64,000 bases of DNA, from contig DF237419.1 of NCBI GenBank assembly GCA_000708835.1, positions 8,782-72,781 of the forward strand. Direction: 5' to 3'. This stretch comes from Klebsormidium nitens. Lineage: Eukaryota > Plantae > Klebsormidiophyceae. This document shows positions 1 to 12,800 of this stretch, piece by piece (position 1 is the first letter of the stretch; each line of letters opens with the position of its first letter). A program made the translations under genes and the position numbers. The notes under the pieces are model-generated. The model had not been told where the DNA came from and did not search any database. It was given only the letters and a program-made list of their open reading frames with translations.

Positions 1-188
1 TCTCGCAGGCAAGAAGCACAATGAAGCAAGAGATCCGTGATTGCAATGGATGTTTATCTTGGCGGACCTTAGTCATTATCCATCCGAACATGAATCTTCA
101 CTTAATCTATTCGTCCTGCAACTTACAACTATTCCGTCTAAATTTGCAACTCCCTCAAAATGGACGCAGTTGACTCTACGGTGTCGCT

Positions 189-1529
189 CTATTTCCTGTT
201 CGGCGCTGGTATCTTAAGGAGGTTGGACCACCACAGCGGGCCTTTCTGATGCCCTTTGAACCCCCCAGAATAGCGCACGTCTTTCCCAGTCCGCTGCCAC
301 ACCCCCCTGGAAAGTTCCAAGACGAGCGGCTCGCCGTGAACGTAGTGCAGTCTACAGTAATAGATGTCTTCCAACGACCGTATCGCGGCAGGGAGCTCAT
401 TTGCCAGCTCGAAGGGGATTGGTTCGTCGCGAACAGGAACCCCATAAAATGTCGTCGGAAGGACCCCTGCCAGGCTTGGTGCGAACCTAAACGTACCGAC
501 GATTATAGCGACATACCTGTCGTCATGCTCAGGTCTCCACCCAAGAATGCTCACCTCGTTAACACTATCTGCTGCGGTAGCCATCGATACGGTACTGAAC
601 TGAACACCGAAAGCCTTGGTGTCCCCATCTGCAGACGTGAGCCTGAATTGCTTCCACCGCTGCTTTTTTGTCGTGTCACTTTTCAAAGAGTAGACCAGCA
701 GATTTGTTATGGACTTGATATAAAGGCACTCGTGGCTTATGGCCATGCAAACAGTATTCCCATACCAGCAGCCGTTGATCTTCATTGAAAACTCAATATG
801 TTTTGGCAGGCGCATCTTACGCCACGTGTCGGTCTGGGTGTCGTAGAGGTTGCCCTGCGCATCAGCGTGTTGGGGGGATTTCGTCCCAAAGCCGTTGTTG
901 TAGAAGTTATAGAGGGGCTTATGATATACGAAGATGTACCGCTCAGAAGCAACCACTGTGAGAGTCGTCTGATTCGTGTGCTCCTTCCCTTGAACGAAGC
1001 ACTCTGCGTGGGGAGAGAGAGGCTCTGATTGCTCGTCAAATAGCAGAGCACTCCGCTCACGCCAGCCTCCGGCTGTTGCCAAGTTGTACGCACGCAACCG
1101 TAGTTTGGCCACCGTCAACCAGTTCACGTCTGTAACGCACTTTGACTCGCTGAGCACGTAGAGCGTGTCCTTCACGACCACCATGCTCTCAGGAATATCC
1201 TTCCAGTTCTCCGCATCTTCCGGACCGCCCCCGCTCCCATAGGCACCCCCCGTAAGCGGGTGCAGGTGAAGCTCTTCTCCGGCCTCATCAAGAATCGCCA
1301 AGCCAGGGTAAGATTTTTGTTGGTCACTGATCAGTCTGCATGCAAATCTGGTCAACCCGGCCTTGTGAAAGCGCCCTGGACTCCCTAGAAGACCTTCCTC
1401 CACGGCTGCTTTCCAAGCTTTGGAAACGCGCCTCAGCCGTTCAAGCTCCTCAAAGTCGAGCTCAAAGGTTGACATGAAGCCGCATATGTACAAATTGACG
1501 TCTGCAGGAAGCTGCTCAAACAAGGCCAT
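189..1529 (-). CDS. Intronless F-box protein with a kelch-like beta-propeller C-terminal region (446 aa)
   Basis: N-terminal F-box pattern LFEQLPADVNLYICGF...LRRVSKAWKAAV. Downstream beta-rich repeats resemble kelch blades (VVVKDTLYVL, GNLYDTQTDTWRKM, LLVYSLKSD...WKQF). Single uninterrupted ORF. Confidence 0.8.
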   Translation of the reverse strand: MALFEQLPADVNLYICGFMSTFELDFEELERLRRVSKAWKAAVEEGLLGSPGRFHKAGLTRFACRLISDQQKSYPGLAILDEAGEELHLHPLTGGAYGSGGGPEDAENWKDIPESMVVVKDTLYVLSESKCVTDVNWLTVAKLRLRAYNLATAGGWRERSALLFDEQSEPLSPHAECFVQGKEHTNQTTLTVVASERYIFVYHKPLYNFYNNGFGTKSPQHADAQGNLYDTQTDTWRKMRLPKHIEFSMKINGCWYGNTVCMAISHECLYIKSITNLLVYSLKSDTTKKQRWKQFRLTSADGDTKAFGVQFSTVSMATAADSVNEVSILGWRPEHDDRYVAIIVGTFRFAPSLAGVLPTTFYGVPVRDEPIPFELANELPAAIRSLEDIYYCRLHYVHGEPLVLELSRGVWQRTGKDVRYSGGFKGHQKGPLWWSNLLKIPAPNRK

Positions 1530-2529
1530 AGCATCGCAATAGGCAGCGCTGTGGTCCTAATAGTAGTGGCGCGTTAGAACAGTTGGGACTTTAGGAGTTC
1601 GTTCGAAGGAAGGCAAAACTCTGTTTGCTTTGTTCAACTTGGTCTCCCAGAAAAAATGCACCAGCAACCTTCAGATAGAAAGACTCGTTGAAGATGATAC
1701 GTACATGCAGGCGGCAGCTCTAGGCCCGCGCGGGTGGCGTGCGGCCGCGTCTCGCTTGAAGGGTTTAGGCTGAGGGGCGTCCGATCCGGTCCGGTCCGGG
1801 TCCGATCAGGGCGGCTGCTCCAGTGCTCCTTATAAATTTCATCGGACGGTTCAAAGATGGTCTTTCCGCAACGGCAGCTTGATTGCCAGAGTCCGCCAGC
1901 AATGCTCTTATCAGTTGGCATCGAGTCCGCCTTTGTCAGTAAGAATATCTCTTTGAAGGAATGTAGGTTAAAGAGGGCGTTGGCGGATGCATCCGCAGTG
2001 ACGTCAAGAGCGACATACAGGCAAGAGTATCAGGTCGATTGTCGCCAAGAAATGACATCAGCCGGTGACCACGTGGTACCATCTAAGCGACCAAGTACCA
2101 GCATTCCCACTCTTAATGTCGCTGCGATTTTGTCGTATCGCCACGCCCTCTTTAAGTCGGCTGTAGCAGCAGCTACACCATACCTGATAACAGGGGCTGG
2201 GTTCTCAGACCCAAAAGGGCCTCAGAGTCTGCATTATAAGACTCTTACGTTCGGTAACGTCAAAAGGACGTCAAAGGCGTACCTGTGGCGACTCTTGAGG
2301 GCAGCAGGCCCTCAGGGGGATCTGTGCAGTAAGTGAGGCTCCATATGCAGCTCCACGAACCACAGTCGCTTGGCATGCTTTGCAAAACGAGTCCAGCTCT
2401 TAGTATCAAAGTCCGGTGCTCCTGTGTAGAAGCTTTGCAGCTGCCGCTGTCAATCGTGGCACAAAGAAGAACATCATAGTCAGCCGTTGCTATATCCAAA
2501 CCTATCTTTTCAGCCCCCGCTCAGGCGCC

Positions 2530-4172
2530 ATGGCTCGAGATGAAGTGCAGCGCTTCATTGGAGCAAGGGACTTGACTGTGCTCGAAGGTCGTCCTCTGGT
2601 GTTTGAGAAGAACTCTGCTTTCAAAAGCTACCTGTGCTGCAATGGGCAGATAGCAAATCTGGCTACTTGGTGCATCCCAGCTTGCTTCTGTCCGGTTGGC
2701 ACATTCTGTCCAGGCCGGTTGTATGAGCACTTCAGCTTACAGGTACAGCTGCTTCTTGAGCTGATGGTTGTCATCTGTATGTGTGCATTGATTGTTCATG
2801 TGGAGCCCCCACGGAAAATGAATACCGCTTTAGCAATTGTTTCGTGATGGTTGTGAGATCAAGCTGAATTTGCAGTGCACGGACAACTGCTTTAGCTTCA
2901 CAACGTGCTCCTATAAAATCTGGAGCAGGCAACGTGCACAGAGTACGCAAGACCAGGTTGTTGTGAATGTACAAAGAAAAGCTGAAATGAAAGCAGAGAA
3001 AAGAAGTTTGATTTTGCACTTCTTACGAAGTTTTTGAGCTCTATTGGATCGTAAATCAGGGTATTCGTGCTTTGACTTGCCATCTTCACTGGCACTCAGT
3101 CGGCGCGAATTTTGATTTATAACTCGAGCTCCCGGTCCGTATAGAAAAGCTGACAGCTCGTGGGTCGCTTCCATGCAGCTAGGTGCAGACTCCTTGAAGT
3201 ACTCCACAGCTACCAATGACTGCTGCTGTCACATTGCCTACGAGCAGAAGACTGTGCCCTTGGACAAAATCCAGGATGTGGAGCTGCAAACAGATTGCCT
3301 GCTCAGCTGTTTCGACTTGAAAAAGGTATGCATAATCTCTGCTTTACTGAAGTGTCCACCTCAGTAGCTTCGATATACGAGACGGGATGGCATCAGGCAT
3401 GTATATCTGGAACTGGCTGCCTGTCCAATTGCACATCCAATGAGCTTGTCAAAAGCTTCTGTGTTTGAAGCGACTTGATCAAAGTTCATAAGATTGCTCA
3501 CGTATACAGACGGTCATGAAAGGATGGAAAGGTGCTGCGGTGTGGGCTGCATCTGAAAGTGAGAACATCCTTGCAACATCAGTACCTTGTAGTTGTTCAT
3601 TGAAAGAGAAGCACGCCATCTAAGCTCTCTATCTGGTTCTCTGGCATTCCAAAGCAGAGGTCAATGGACTGAGGCAGCAAGAGACCAGGCTACAAAGAGG
3701 TCAGGCTCTCTTCAGCAAGCAAGGTTCCGTGTGACTGCCCCACAGGCTCGCCTCTGACGTTTACATCTCGATGCAGATCGCCGTCCAGACAGCAGGGCAG
3801 GGCGGCCCCGGCGCCGAGGTCCAGGCGGCTTTCCTGACTGCCCCAGAGGAGGTCCGTGACGCCATCCAGCTGGCAGTCAAGTGCCACCGCGAGGCACCCA
3901 CTACCGCCCCCCAGCAGCAAGCCGGCATGCTCCGGGGGCCAGCCGCCGCCAAAAATATGCTGCAGCGGCTGCAGGGTTTGGATCAGCTGGTGAAGCGGGG
4001 AGTGCTGACGCATGAGGAAGCCGGACGGCTTCGGACGCCGGTGCTGGTGGCGGATTCGGACCCCACGCAGCGGCTAGTGGAGGTGGCGGAGCTGGCTGAT
4101 ACGCAGGTCATTTCGCGGGAGGAGTTCGGGGAAGTCAAAGCCGCGCTGCTGGCGCAGATCATGAGGGCTTAG
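2530..4172 (+). CDS. Spliced gene: Cys-rich N-terminus, bacterial-type PH (bPH_2/DUF304-like) domain and two C-terminal SHOCT-like helices
   Basis: Exons ~2530-2742, 2876-(end uncertain), 3210-3325 and 3777-4172, with GT-AG boundaries. CCCHIAYEQKTVPLDKIQDVELQ is typical of bPH_2. LQGLDQLVKRGVLTHEEAGRLR and LVEVAELADTQVISREEFGEVKAALL fit the SHOCT consensus (L..L..L...G.IseEEF...K..LL). Confidence 0.7.
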
Positions 4173-6877
4173 GCCGTGTAGACGAGGGAAGAAAGATTTG
4201 ATGTTCTTGGTTTGGAAACGATGGATAGGTTGTGGTTTTCTTGAGTCCGAGTGATGAAGCTGTCAAGCTCACGGACCTTGAAGGATGCTCCACTAGATTG
4301 AGTTTGGGCCAGATATTAATCTTGGCCAGGATCTTAGCACATCAAAATCGAGATACGGTGGTCCGAAGTGAGAAAACCATGCAGCCTCGTAGCTTATCAT
4401 GTAGGATATATTAACGAGACAAATGTGCCAAACAGAATTTGAACGGCGTCCTCTATAGCTCTTCTATTTGAGATTTATGTGCGATGCGATGCGACTCGTG
4501 TCATTGATCGAAGGCCCGGTCCTGCCGCGCGCTGTGTTCAGCCAACCTAGATTCTGAACCGCTTGTCGTCACGGCGCAACTCAAAAGCACAGATAATGCA
4601 TGCAACGCTGACACACTGCAGATTGCATCGCTTCCTGGAGTCCGTTAATTTGCGGAGCTGCAATGCCTACAGGCAGATTTGATACACTACCAACTTTAGT
4701 ATGGCCGGGCCTCGCCCGATCATCAAGCTCGATCCGCATTGGGCAACGGGCTAACAACTTTTGATTACAATGATCCGTTACCATGGTTTTCTAGCCCGCC
4801 GAGGTGAACGGGTTCTACAGGGCTTTCAAGCGCGCGCTGACCACACTAGGAAAACAATAAGTGAACTTTGGCATGATGACGGATTCCCATTACTGGAAAC
4901 GAGCCCCGCGGGGTGCCTTCTGGCAGGGAAAACTGTATCTTTCACTGCCAAAGAAAGAGGATACAAAAGCAGGCGCAGGAGTTCGACAACGACGTGATTA
5001 GATAGTCGTACAATATGAATGGACAGATCCTTTTTGGCACCACTGCTTGAGCAGTTGACGTCCGTCTTCTGCCGGCATTCTCCCGTCCCAGCTGTTGTAG
5101 TGCTGCCATTCATACGAAAAGAAGGACTATAAGCGACGTCACAGATACGAGCGCAAGATTAGTACTTGCGACCACGAGAAGGAAGTACACATGCAACACG
5201 TTGTACACAAGGACGAAGTCAATCTATGTCCCTGGGACCGACCTTGAGGGACCAAGAAAGAAAGTTCTTCCAGTCAGTCTTAGTTGGACGACTGCCCCTG
5301 GTTCAGATGTCATCCTGCTTCAGCACTAACCATATGAGGTCCTGATCATGCGCCGATTTGCCTGGAGCAAAGAATGAAAGCAATGCAAAGTAAGCATTCT
5401 CAGCTTGAACCAAATTAAGCGTTCTCAAATTGAGCCCAAGAAATATAAGCTCGTTAGCAAATGTGCTTGGTATGGCCCTCACAGGGCCCAAAGAAACGAG
5501 GGCGAACTTCACTTACGTCATGATGATGCAACGCAGGAGCTGCGGCATGATGTATTACTGTATTATAATGCAATAATGCACCGTCAATTCACCATGAGGC
5601 AATTTGACATGCATGGCGTCGAACACACGGCCTCTTGGTCTTGTTTGATGCAAGCAATACGTTGTTTCGACGTTCTCGCACCTCCCACGACATCCGCTGC
5701 TTCCCCAAACGGACGTTTGATTTCCGACATTGACTCGAGTCACATGAAGGGCCTAGTACAATCATGATACGGCGTTCTGTAAGGTATACCTATACAAAGC
5801 AGCGGCTAATTAACTGCACGGCGGCCATGCAGCGCAGCGCACGCGAGCTTGGCATGCAGTTGCAGTCCTCGCGCTAATAGGATTATCGGTATTTGGCCAT
5901 AGCGTGTGTCCCGGCGATCACGGGCGCCATGATGCTAGCTAAAGCTAGTGGATAGGGACATACGAAATGCAACCCGGATGTCTATGTCAGCATGGGCGGT
6001 CAAAACTGCATGAGACCAGGCCGATTCCTAATTAGTCGGTCTGAGCTGTTGAGAGGAGATTCGCGCGCATGGTGGTTGCAACGTGCAAAGCGGAACCGTG
6101 ACTTCGTGCAGCTGTACTATACTCAATTATGATGGCGTTACGTCTCAACAAATGAGCTCATGCAAAGTCAAGAAACCAAGACGCCATGAACAATGTTCCT
6201 TCCTCACAGGCTTCGAATGCAGTTGCAAAGCCATCATGCTTCGATCGAGCCTGCATATTTTCGTAAGCAGCAACCGACATACTTTCCTGGCGCAACATAC
6301 CCTTGACCAATTTCGATGAGATAGGAGGGTAATTGCACCCATTCATGCAATTTGCGCTGAACATGACAACAGTTGTCCGCCAGAATTAGGACCCCAACAG
6401 TAGGACCTTTGCGTTTACAGTCCGTGCTTATGAAAGGAATAAGGCACCAGGCAGTTCGGATTCCGACATTGTGTATACAGGCTATGGCACAGTCCAAGCA
6501 AGCCGACGCAGACAACGTCTGACAAACACCTGGGACTGCTGCCAAAACATAGTCAAGACTCTCAAAGGAGCTGCGCTTGAGACAAAGTTCCCGTACCAGC
6601 AGTTCCCATAAATATGCTTGCTCTACTTAGTCGGGTGACAAAGGGAGACCTGCCTGTCCTACGAGTTTATCTATGCCAAAACGGAAGAGGCCAGGATCTC
6701 GAAAGGATCCTACAAATTCTGTACGACCCCTTCAGAATTTTTTATTCCAACTACTGTTCCAGCCAATTGCCACAGGAGAGTATGACATCTACCTAGAGAG
6801 ACCTATGCAATGTCCGTCTGTACTAAACAAGGCTTGATTTTGGCGTTCGCCTGGCAGTAGTCATTTGCAGGAGAACC

Positions 6878-9800
6878 TTATTGCTTCTCGACCTTCGAGA
6901 CTGGTGAAATCGTTCCAAAAGAAAGTCGAAATGTGCCGCTCGTGTTGATAGAATAGTTGCCCCCGTAAGGAGGCCTGCAAGCAACAAACTGAAAACGTTA
7001 GGGATGGAAGGTCGGGCCAACAACAAAAGGCTCGCTAAAAACAAATGTGTATCATCGAAAATGCAAAGATCGGCAGTTCTTGAAAGCAATAGCACAAGAA
7101 CCAACCATTATCAGACCATAAGTGCAACGGGTTGAGATCCACGTGATGCTGCACGCAAGAACAACTCAGGACTTGGCAAGCATGGTGCACCCCTGTCGTT
7201 ATCAATCTGCAACTTCAACTCCATGCTTCTTTAACTTGTGTACTTATAAACAAGCCGGATGGTGAAGCAGGCCTCAAAAGGGTGTCAAAAACGACCAGAG
7301 ATGCAGCTTACGTGTCCCAGTCGCCAGCCCCGTTAGTGACCACGAATTGGAGTGACGAGGCCGGTACGCGAATGACCTGTAAAAGAGATGGCACTAAGAG
7401 CACTAAACATACAGAAACCAATTTCTGCCGCTCTTGAACGTCAAGGACCGGCTGAATATTACTTGGTGCAAGCAGAAGGTAAAACCATGCACGTTTCTCT
7501 AGCTCGCAGATCCGTCCTACGAGGCCCGGCTTTCATTTGAAAGGACCTTCTTCGACGGTACCCTCTTTAGCCATCGAAAAATCTGTTGAGATCGCCCGGC
7601 TCGAAGCACCAAGCCCATCATGACCAGAGTTCGCGAACTAAAGGAATGAATGTACGAGCTCGGCTTTGCGGAGACGGAGCTCGCCGTGGTTTCCTCCGCT
7701 CATCTTTTCAGTCATTGCGGATGCAAATGTTCTGTCCTTTGAAGTCATGCAACCACTCAACAAGGAAAATTCCTTTCGGATTGATCCGATGACCAACATC
7801 GATGGCACAACGGAGCAGGAGTCCCCCACCTTGCTGTCCTGTTCGGCGTCAAAGCCAAACTGCACCCCGGGCAGTTCCGTCCAACTCCCGCCATCGGCCG
7901 CGAAGTGCAGGAAGGCCTTGTCCCAGCCGCTGTCGTACAGGAGCGTGATGACCCCGGCCTCAGGCGCCGTTTCCTCCGTGCCCGGAGCGAGGGCCTGGTT
8001 GATCGCGCGCTCCGCTTCCTGTATGGAGAGAGACGATGTGGATCCACAGAGCTGCTTTTATATGACTTCCGGGGGCCATCGGTGAAAGATCAAGGAAGTA
8101 AAAGAACACGTCGGCCCTTGAGACAAGGTCTAGGCCCTACTTAAGGACAGAGACAAGAAGAGCAAGACGCTTGAGCTGAAATACTTGACACCTGAAAGTC
8201 GCACCTCGTTCCTCGAACAACATCACACTGCGCATTGCCAACCGACTATCCCATCATGGACAAACGCGAGAACTCGCAACATCTCACATCGTTGTCGTAT
8301 CGTGCATCAGTGAAAGGCAAACGAGAAAAGGAGATACAAACCATGCGCACAAACTGCGCGGATGCGAACACAAACGATGATTCAAAGGTACATCGGAATC
8401 AAATACCCACCGTAACTTTGGTCTGGTCCTCTTCGGCAGTGCCCTCCTCTTCCTGTTCTTCACCCCTCTCTTCTCCCTCGGTCGCTTCCATCTCTGTTCC
8501 TTCCGGTACTTCCTCATCCGTTTCTTCTGGCGCCCTCTCAGTCTCCGTCTCGTCTGCCCCCTCCGTCTCTTCATTGACTGTCTCTGCGGCACCAGTGACC
8601 GGCTCCGCCGCCTCCCTAACCGACTCCTGTGCAGCCTCTGCGGGGCCGCTAACCGCCTCACTAACCACGTCCTTGGCCCCACTAACCACATCCCCAGCTT
8701 CCTTCGCTTTCTCCTCAACCTCCTCTTTGACTGTGTCTGCAGAGTCTTTGACTGCCTCGCTGGCCGCCTCTGCAGTCCCACTAACCACCTCACTAACCGG
8801 CTTGCTAACCTCCTCGGTTTCCTCATCTGCTATTCGTCCAAACACAGACGTGTCAGAGCTCGAGGCGTCCTCTTCAGCCGAGTCGTCCTCCCCTTCAGCG
8901 GTGTCAAACTTCTCGGCTGCAGAGGCAGCCAACTCCTGTGCGCCTGACTTAACACCATGTGCCGCCGACTTGACTCCCTCTACGGCCTCGCTGGTAGCCT
9001 CCTTCACTCCTTCCAAACCCTCTCCGGCCGCTTCTTTGACGGACTCGAGAACAGCCTCGGGACTCTCTGCACCAGGCTGCTCAACCTTAACTTCCTCCTT
9101 AACCTCGTCCTCGACCTCGTGCTTCACCCCCTCCTCGCTAACCTCATCCTCGACAGCCTTCTCAGCCTTGACTTCGTCCTTAACCTCACCCTTAACCTCC
9201 TCCCTACCCTCCTCTTCAGCATTCTCCTCCGACAGCGCTTCCTCTGCCGCCTCGTTCATTTCCTCGAGCCCTTCGGCAACAGCGCTCACTTCTTCAATCT
9301 TCTCAGGAACTTCCTCAGCCCTTGCCTCCAGATCCTCGCTCTCCGCATCCTCTGCCTCAGGCCCTTCAGCGGCAGCACTAGGCACCTCTGCACAGTCCTC
9401 GATGTTTGCATCTGGAATAGCCGCTTCAGCCGCCTCTAGTTCCTTCTTGACTTCCGCGCTTACAGTTGGCTCCTCTGGGATGCTCTCAGCTTTCACCTCC
9501 GAGACTGGCTCCGTCAAAGTGCTCTCCGCCGCAACTGGCTCCTCTCGGATGCTCTCCTCATTCTCATCTGGAATTGGCTCCTCAGCAGCGCTCTCAGTCT
9601 TCTCTTCTGCCACTGGAGCAGCCTCGTCTTCCCCCTCGGAAACCTGTGCTTCTGCCTGCTCCTCACTTTCTCGGCTGCTCTTCGTTGCATCTTCGGCAGC
9701 ATCCTGGACTTCTGACTTCGTGCTCCCTGCCTCTGCAACCACTCCAACAATCTCTTCTTCCTCATTTACAAAGTCAGGGACATTTGCATCCGGAATCACC

Positions 9801-12800
9801 TCCTCCGTCGCCTCTGGAAGCAACTCCGCGTCTGCTTCTGAGCTGGCTGCAGCTTTGTCCGCTGCTTCAGAAGGAATCTGGACAGGACTTGCCGCTGCGG
9901 CCTCAGCCTCGGCAGTCGCCTCGGTCTTGGGGACGAGGGTAGTGCTCAGTCCCTGAAGAAGACGAAGAACAATATGAGCACAGAGACGTTTGCAAAAAGA
10001 AAGAATTAAGCATGCTTTAAAAAAGCTGAGCATGATACTAAACAATCAACCATACCTCACTGCTGCTTACAACACAGTTCATGCCATGCGATTGGAAACC
10101 TCAGCATCATAGCCTGCGCCTGCATGCAAACTCACTAAAATCTCAATCTTCCATTCCGAGGGCCCTTCCAGCCCTGTTTCAGAAGGCCCAACGGTGGACG
10201 GGTGAAACCCTCACCGACCACTCCCTCAAAAGCTCTTGCGGTGCCACCTTTGTATCCAGGAAGTTCTGGACTTGCTTGATGGTCTCTTTCCGATCCTTGG
10301 CAAACAGCAGCTTCTTCACAAATACTTGAACCGCGGCTGCAGACCCCAGCAGCTGTAGCGCTGTCTCTGCCTGCAGAGTGAAAGGTTGTTGGCTTCCTTG
10401 CTTTGACGAAAAAGTCCATGTCTGCAGAGCAATGGTCTGTTGATCCTTGGCTGGCTGCAAGGTATGTCCCAAAATTATAAGGCATGTTCATTTTCAAGAA
10501 GTCAGCAGCGACAGTTCGAATCGGACAGACTTCCCACATGCATATTCCAGAAAAAGGTTTCATATGAAGGCCACCCTTGCGTCCAGATAATGTCGGTGCA
10601 GCTCTGAAAACTCAGCATCCAAATCCAATTGTAACCCCAGGGCGGCATTTTAACAAAGGGAGAGCGTTAGCGCAAGGTAATCTTACTGGGGGCAAAACGA
10701 AAGCATGATGATACTGGATAGAATTAATTCCCGAGTGTGATGAGAACATCTTGCACTCAAGACTTGACGTATTGCAAGTGCAGGAGAACTGACCTCTGTG
10801 AAGAGGATGAGCGATACACCAGCAGCGGCTGCGACTCCAAGTGTGGCTGGCAACACCTGCTTGTTGTCCTGCAATTCCTGCAGATCAGAGGCGAGGTCCT
10901 TGAAGGAAGGCTCCGTAACATCACCAACCCCCCAGCCTCTGACCTTTAAGCCCCTCGCTGGAACAGCAACCTTCAAACCTTTGCATATACTTTGTGTGGA
11001 GATGCAGGTAGAAATCCAACCAGATCCTACAGACGATCTAAACACGGACTAGAGCATGGGGGAGGTGCTTGAAGCGGACTTCCATAGGGTGACTGGTAAA
11101 TAAGCGGCCTAATTCTTCACAATCCTTTACAACAATCTGGTAAAGCAAGACAGCTATGATGAATGGAGCCTAAAGACAAACTATCTAGGTAGCTGTACCA
11201 AGCAGACTGTACAAAGAGAACATCAGCAAGGCCGATGGAACCACAGTAACTTGTCAACGTTTGTTCTTGAAAAGGAGAACAAACCAGAGGACAGGGTTGT
11301 ATTGTCTTCAGAAGGAGTGGATGTTGCCAGACAATCCTACAACAGCGTTTACAATGCCCTGTAGGGGCGACATTGTACACAGCGAATCGCACAATGTGTG
11401 CAGCAAGCAGCGTCTTCAGTCGGCTTCCTTCAATCACCTTGAGAGGCCTCCTAAACTGCGCGCTAATTTCACCACGACCATACCTTATGCACCGGGCATC
11501 TGCTATGGTTACTACTTGACACATGTTGCGTCGCTACGACTACAGCCTCAGTGGCATCCTCCCTCTACTCTATGGTGTGTTCCTATCTGTGTCTAGTGAG
11601 CTTGGGACCACCCTTGTCAGCAGACGGCTTCTCAAGAATCAGTCTGCAAGCAATTGGACTTGTGTAAGTAGTCGGAGCTTTTCTGAAGTAACTTAAATGA
11701 CTTCGGCATTCTATTTTGCGACCAGTGGTTGGGGATTTTCCAACCCCTGACCACTCTGGTGGGGCTCGAGGGCTTGCAAACATTGAAAGACAGCAACAGG
11801 AAGTTGTTTGAACGCGACTCTCTTAAGAAGCGGACGCTTCAGAATAAGGGACAAGGAACCAGCTTTACTCCAGAAAGAGGGGGTGAAAATGCAGAATACG
11901 CACCTGAATCGTGCTTGTGACAGCGTCCTTGATCTCGCCCAGATCTAGAGTGAACGTCTGTGGGGTTCTCCAAGGAAGCTGGCTCTCCTGAAGGCAGCAA
12001 TGTTAAAAGTCTATGAATAAAAGTGCGGGGCAAACTTTCGACGAGCACGCGAAAACTCTGCAAATAACAAGGCACCTGCAGACTTCTTCCAATTCAAGGG
12101 TCGACCTGGCACAAGAAGCAACTGCATTTACGGCTCAAATGGTCAGCATTGTGCAATTTCAACCTTTATTTCTCTGTCCTGTAACAGACCGCACCACGCA
12201 GGAGGTGCCTGGCTTCAGAAGATGTTGCGAAGGTGCTGACTGGTGACACAGAGATAAATCAGTGGTTTGGTTGAAGAGCATTGCTGGAACCACCAAAGAG
12301 AAGGCAAAAAAACGGCTATCTCAAATGGAGTAGCCGGAAGACGGCTATCTCAACTTGAGTAGCCCGAGGACGTGCCAAGGGTTTTGGAACAAAATGTCCC
12401 GAGCTCCTCTTAAAACTCACCCTCCACCCTTGCGGCCCTTGCGCTCCTCCGTTCACGACAAACACGCGGCTGTAGCCTTCCTTAGAGAGGATCTTTGCTG
12501 CCTGGGCGGCTGACGAGCCCGCGCTGCAGGAACAATTGTAACATTAGCAAGAGAAAACTTTGGAGATATGCAAAAAAGCTATTGCACCAAGTTCGGCGTA
12601 TTGACCTTTTCTTAAAACCTCAAAAGGTCAAGGACTCAACCACAATCAGCTGATCGAGAAATCTATGCGAATAGCTTCAAGCCTGCAAAGAAAACAGACT
12701 ATGCATCATCTGAAAAACAAGAGGGCGCTTTGAGGAGAAAGAATGCCGCTAAGGATGCGTAATGCCATGGTTTGATTGCCTGCTGCCATGAAGCCAAAGA

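Noticed and set aside
1857-2336. 159-aa ORF upstream of the bPH_2 gene
   Set aside because: No recognisable motif; probably promoter or 5'UTR with an intron ending near 2512.
6700-6830. GEYDIYLERP fragment reminiscent of CACTA transposase
   Set aside because: Too short, with no flanking transposase motifs or TIRs; it lies just past the TROL-CBM25 stop codon.
8235-9956. 573-aa Ser-rich ORF on the + strand
   Set aside because: Antisense shadow of the GAA/GAG-rich acidic exon of the TROL-CBM25 gene; low-complexity codons leave the opposite frame open.
8399-10045. 548-aa acidic ORF as a stand-alone gene
   Set aside because: Its first 31 codons are intron-like (pyrimidine tract ending ttcag at 9953). 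It splices in frame to the TROL exon upstream and the CBM25 exon downstream.
12312-12369. CRISPR-like appearance of hairpin repeats
   Set aside because: Only two adjacent units, no spacers, no cas genes, and a eukaryotic intron context.
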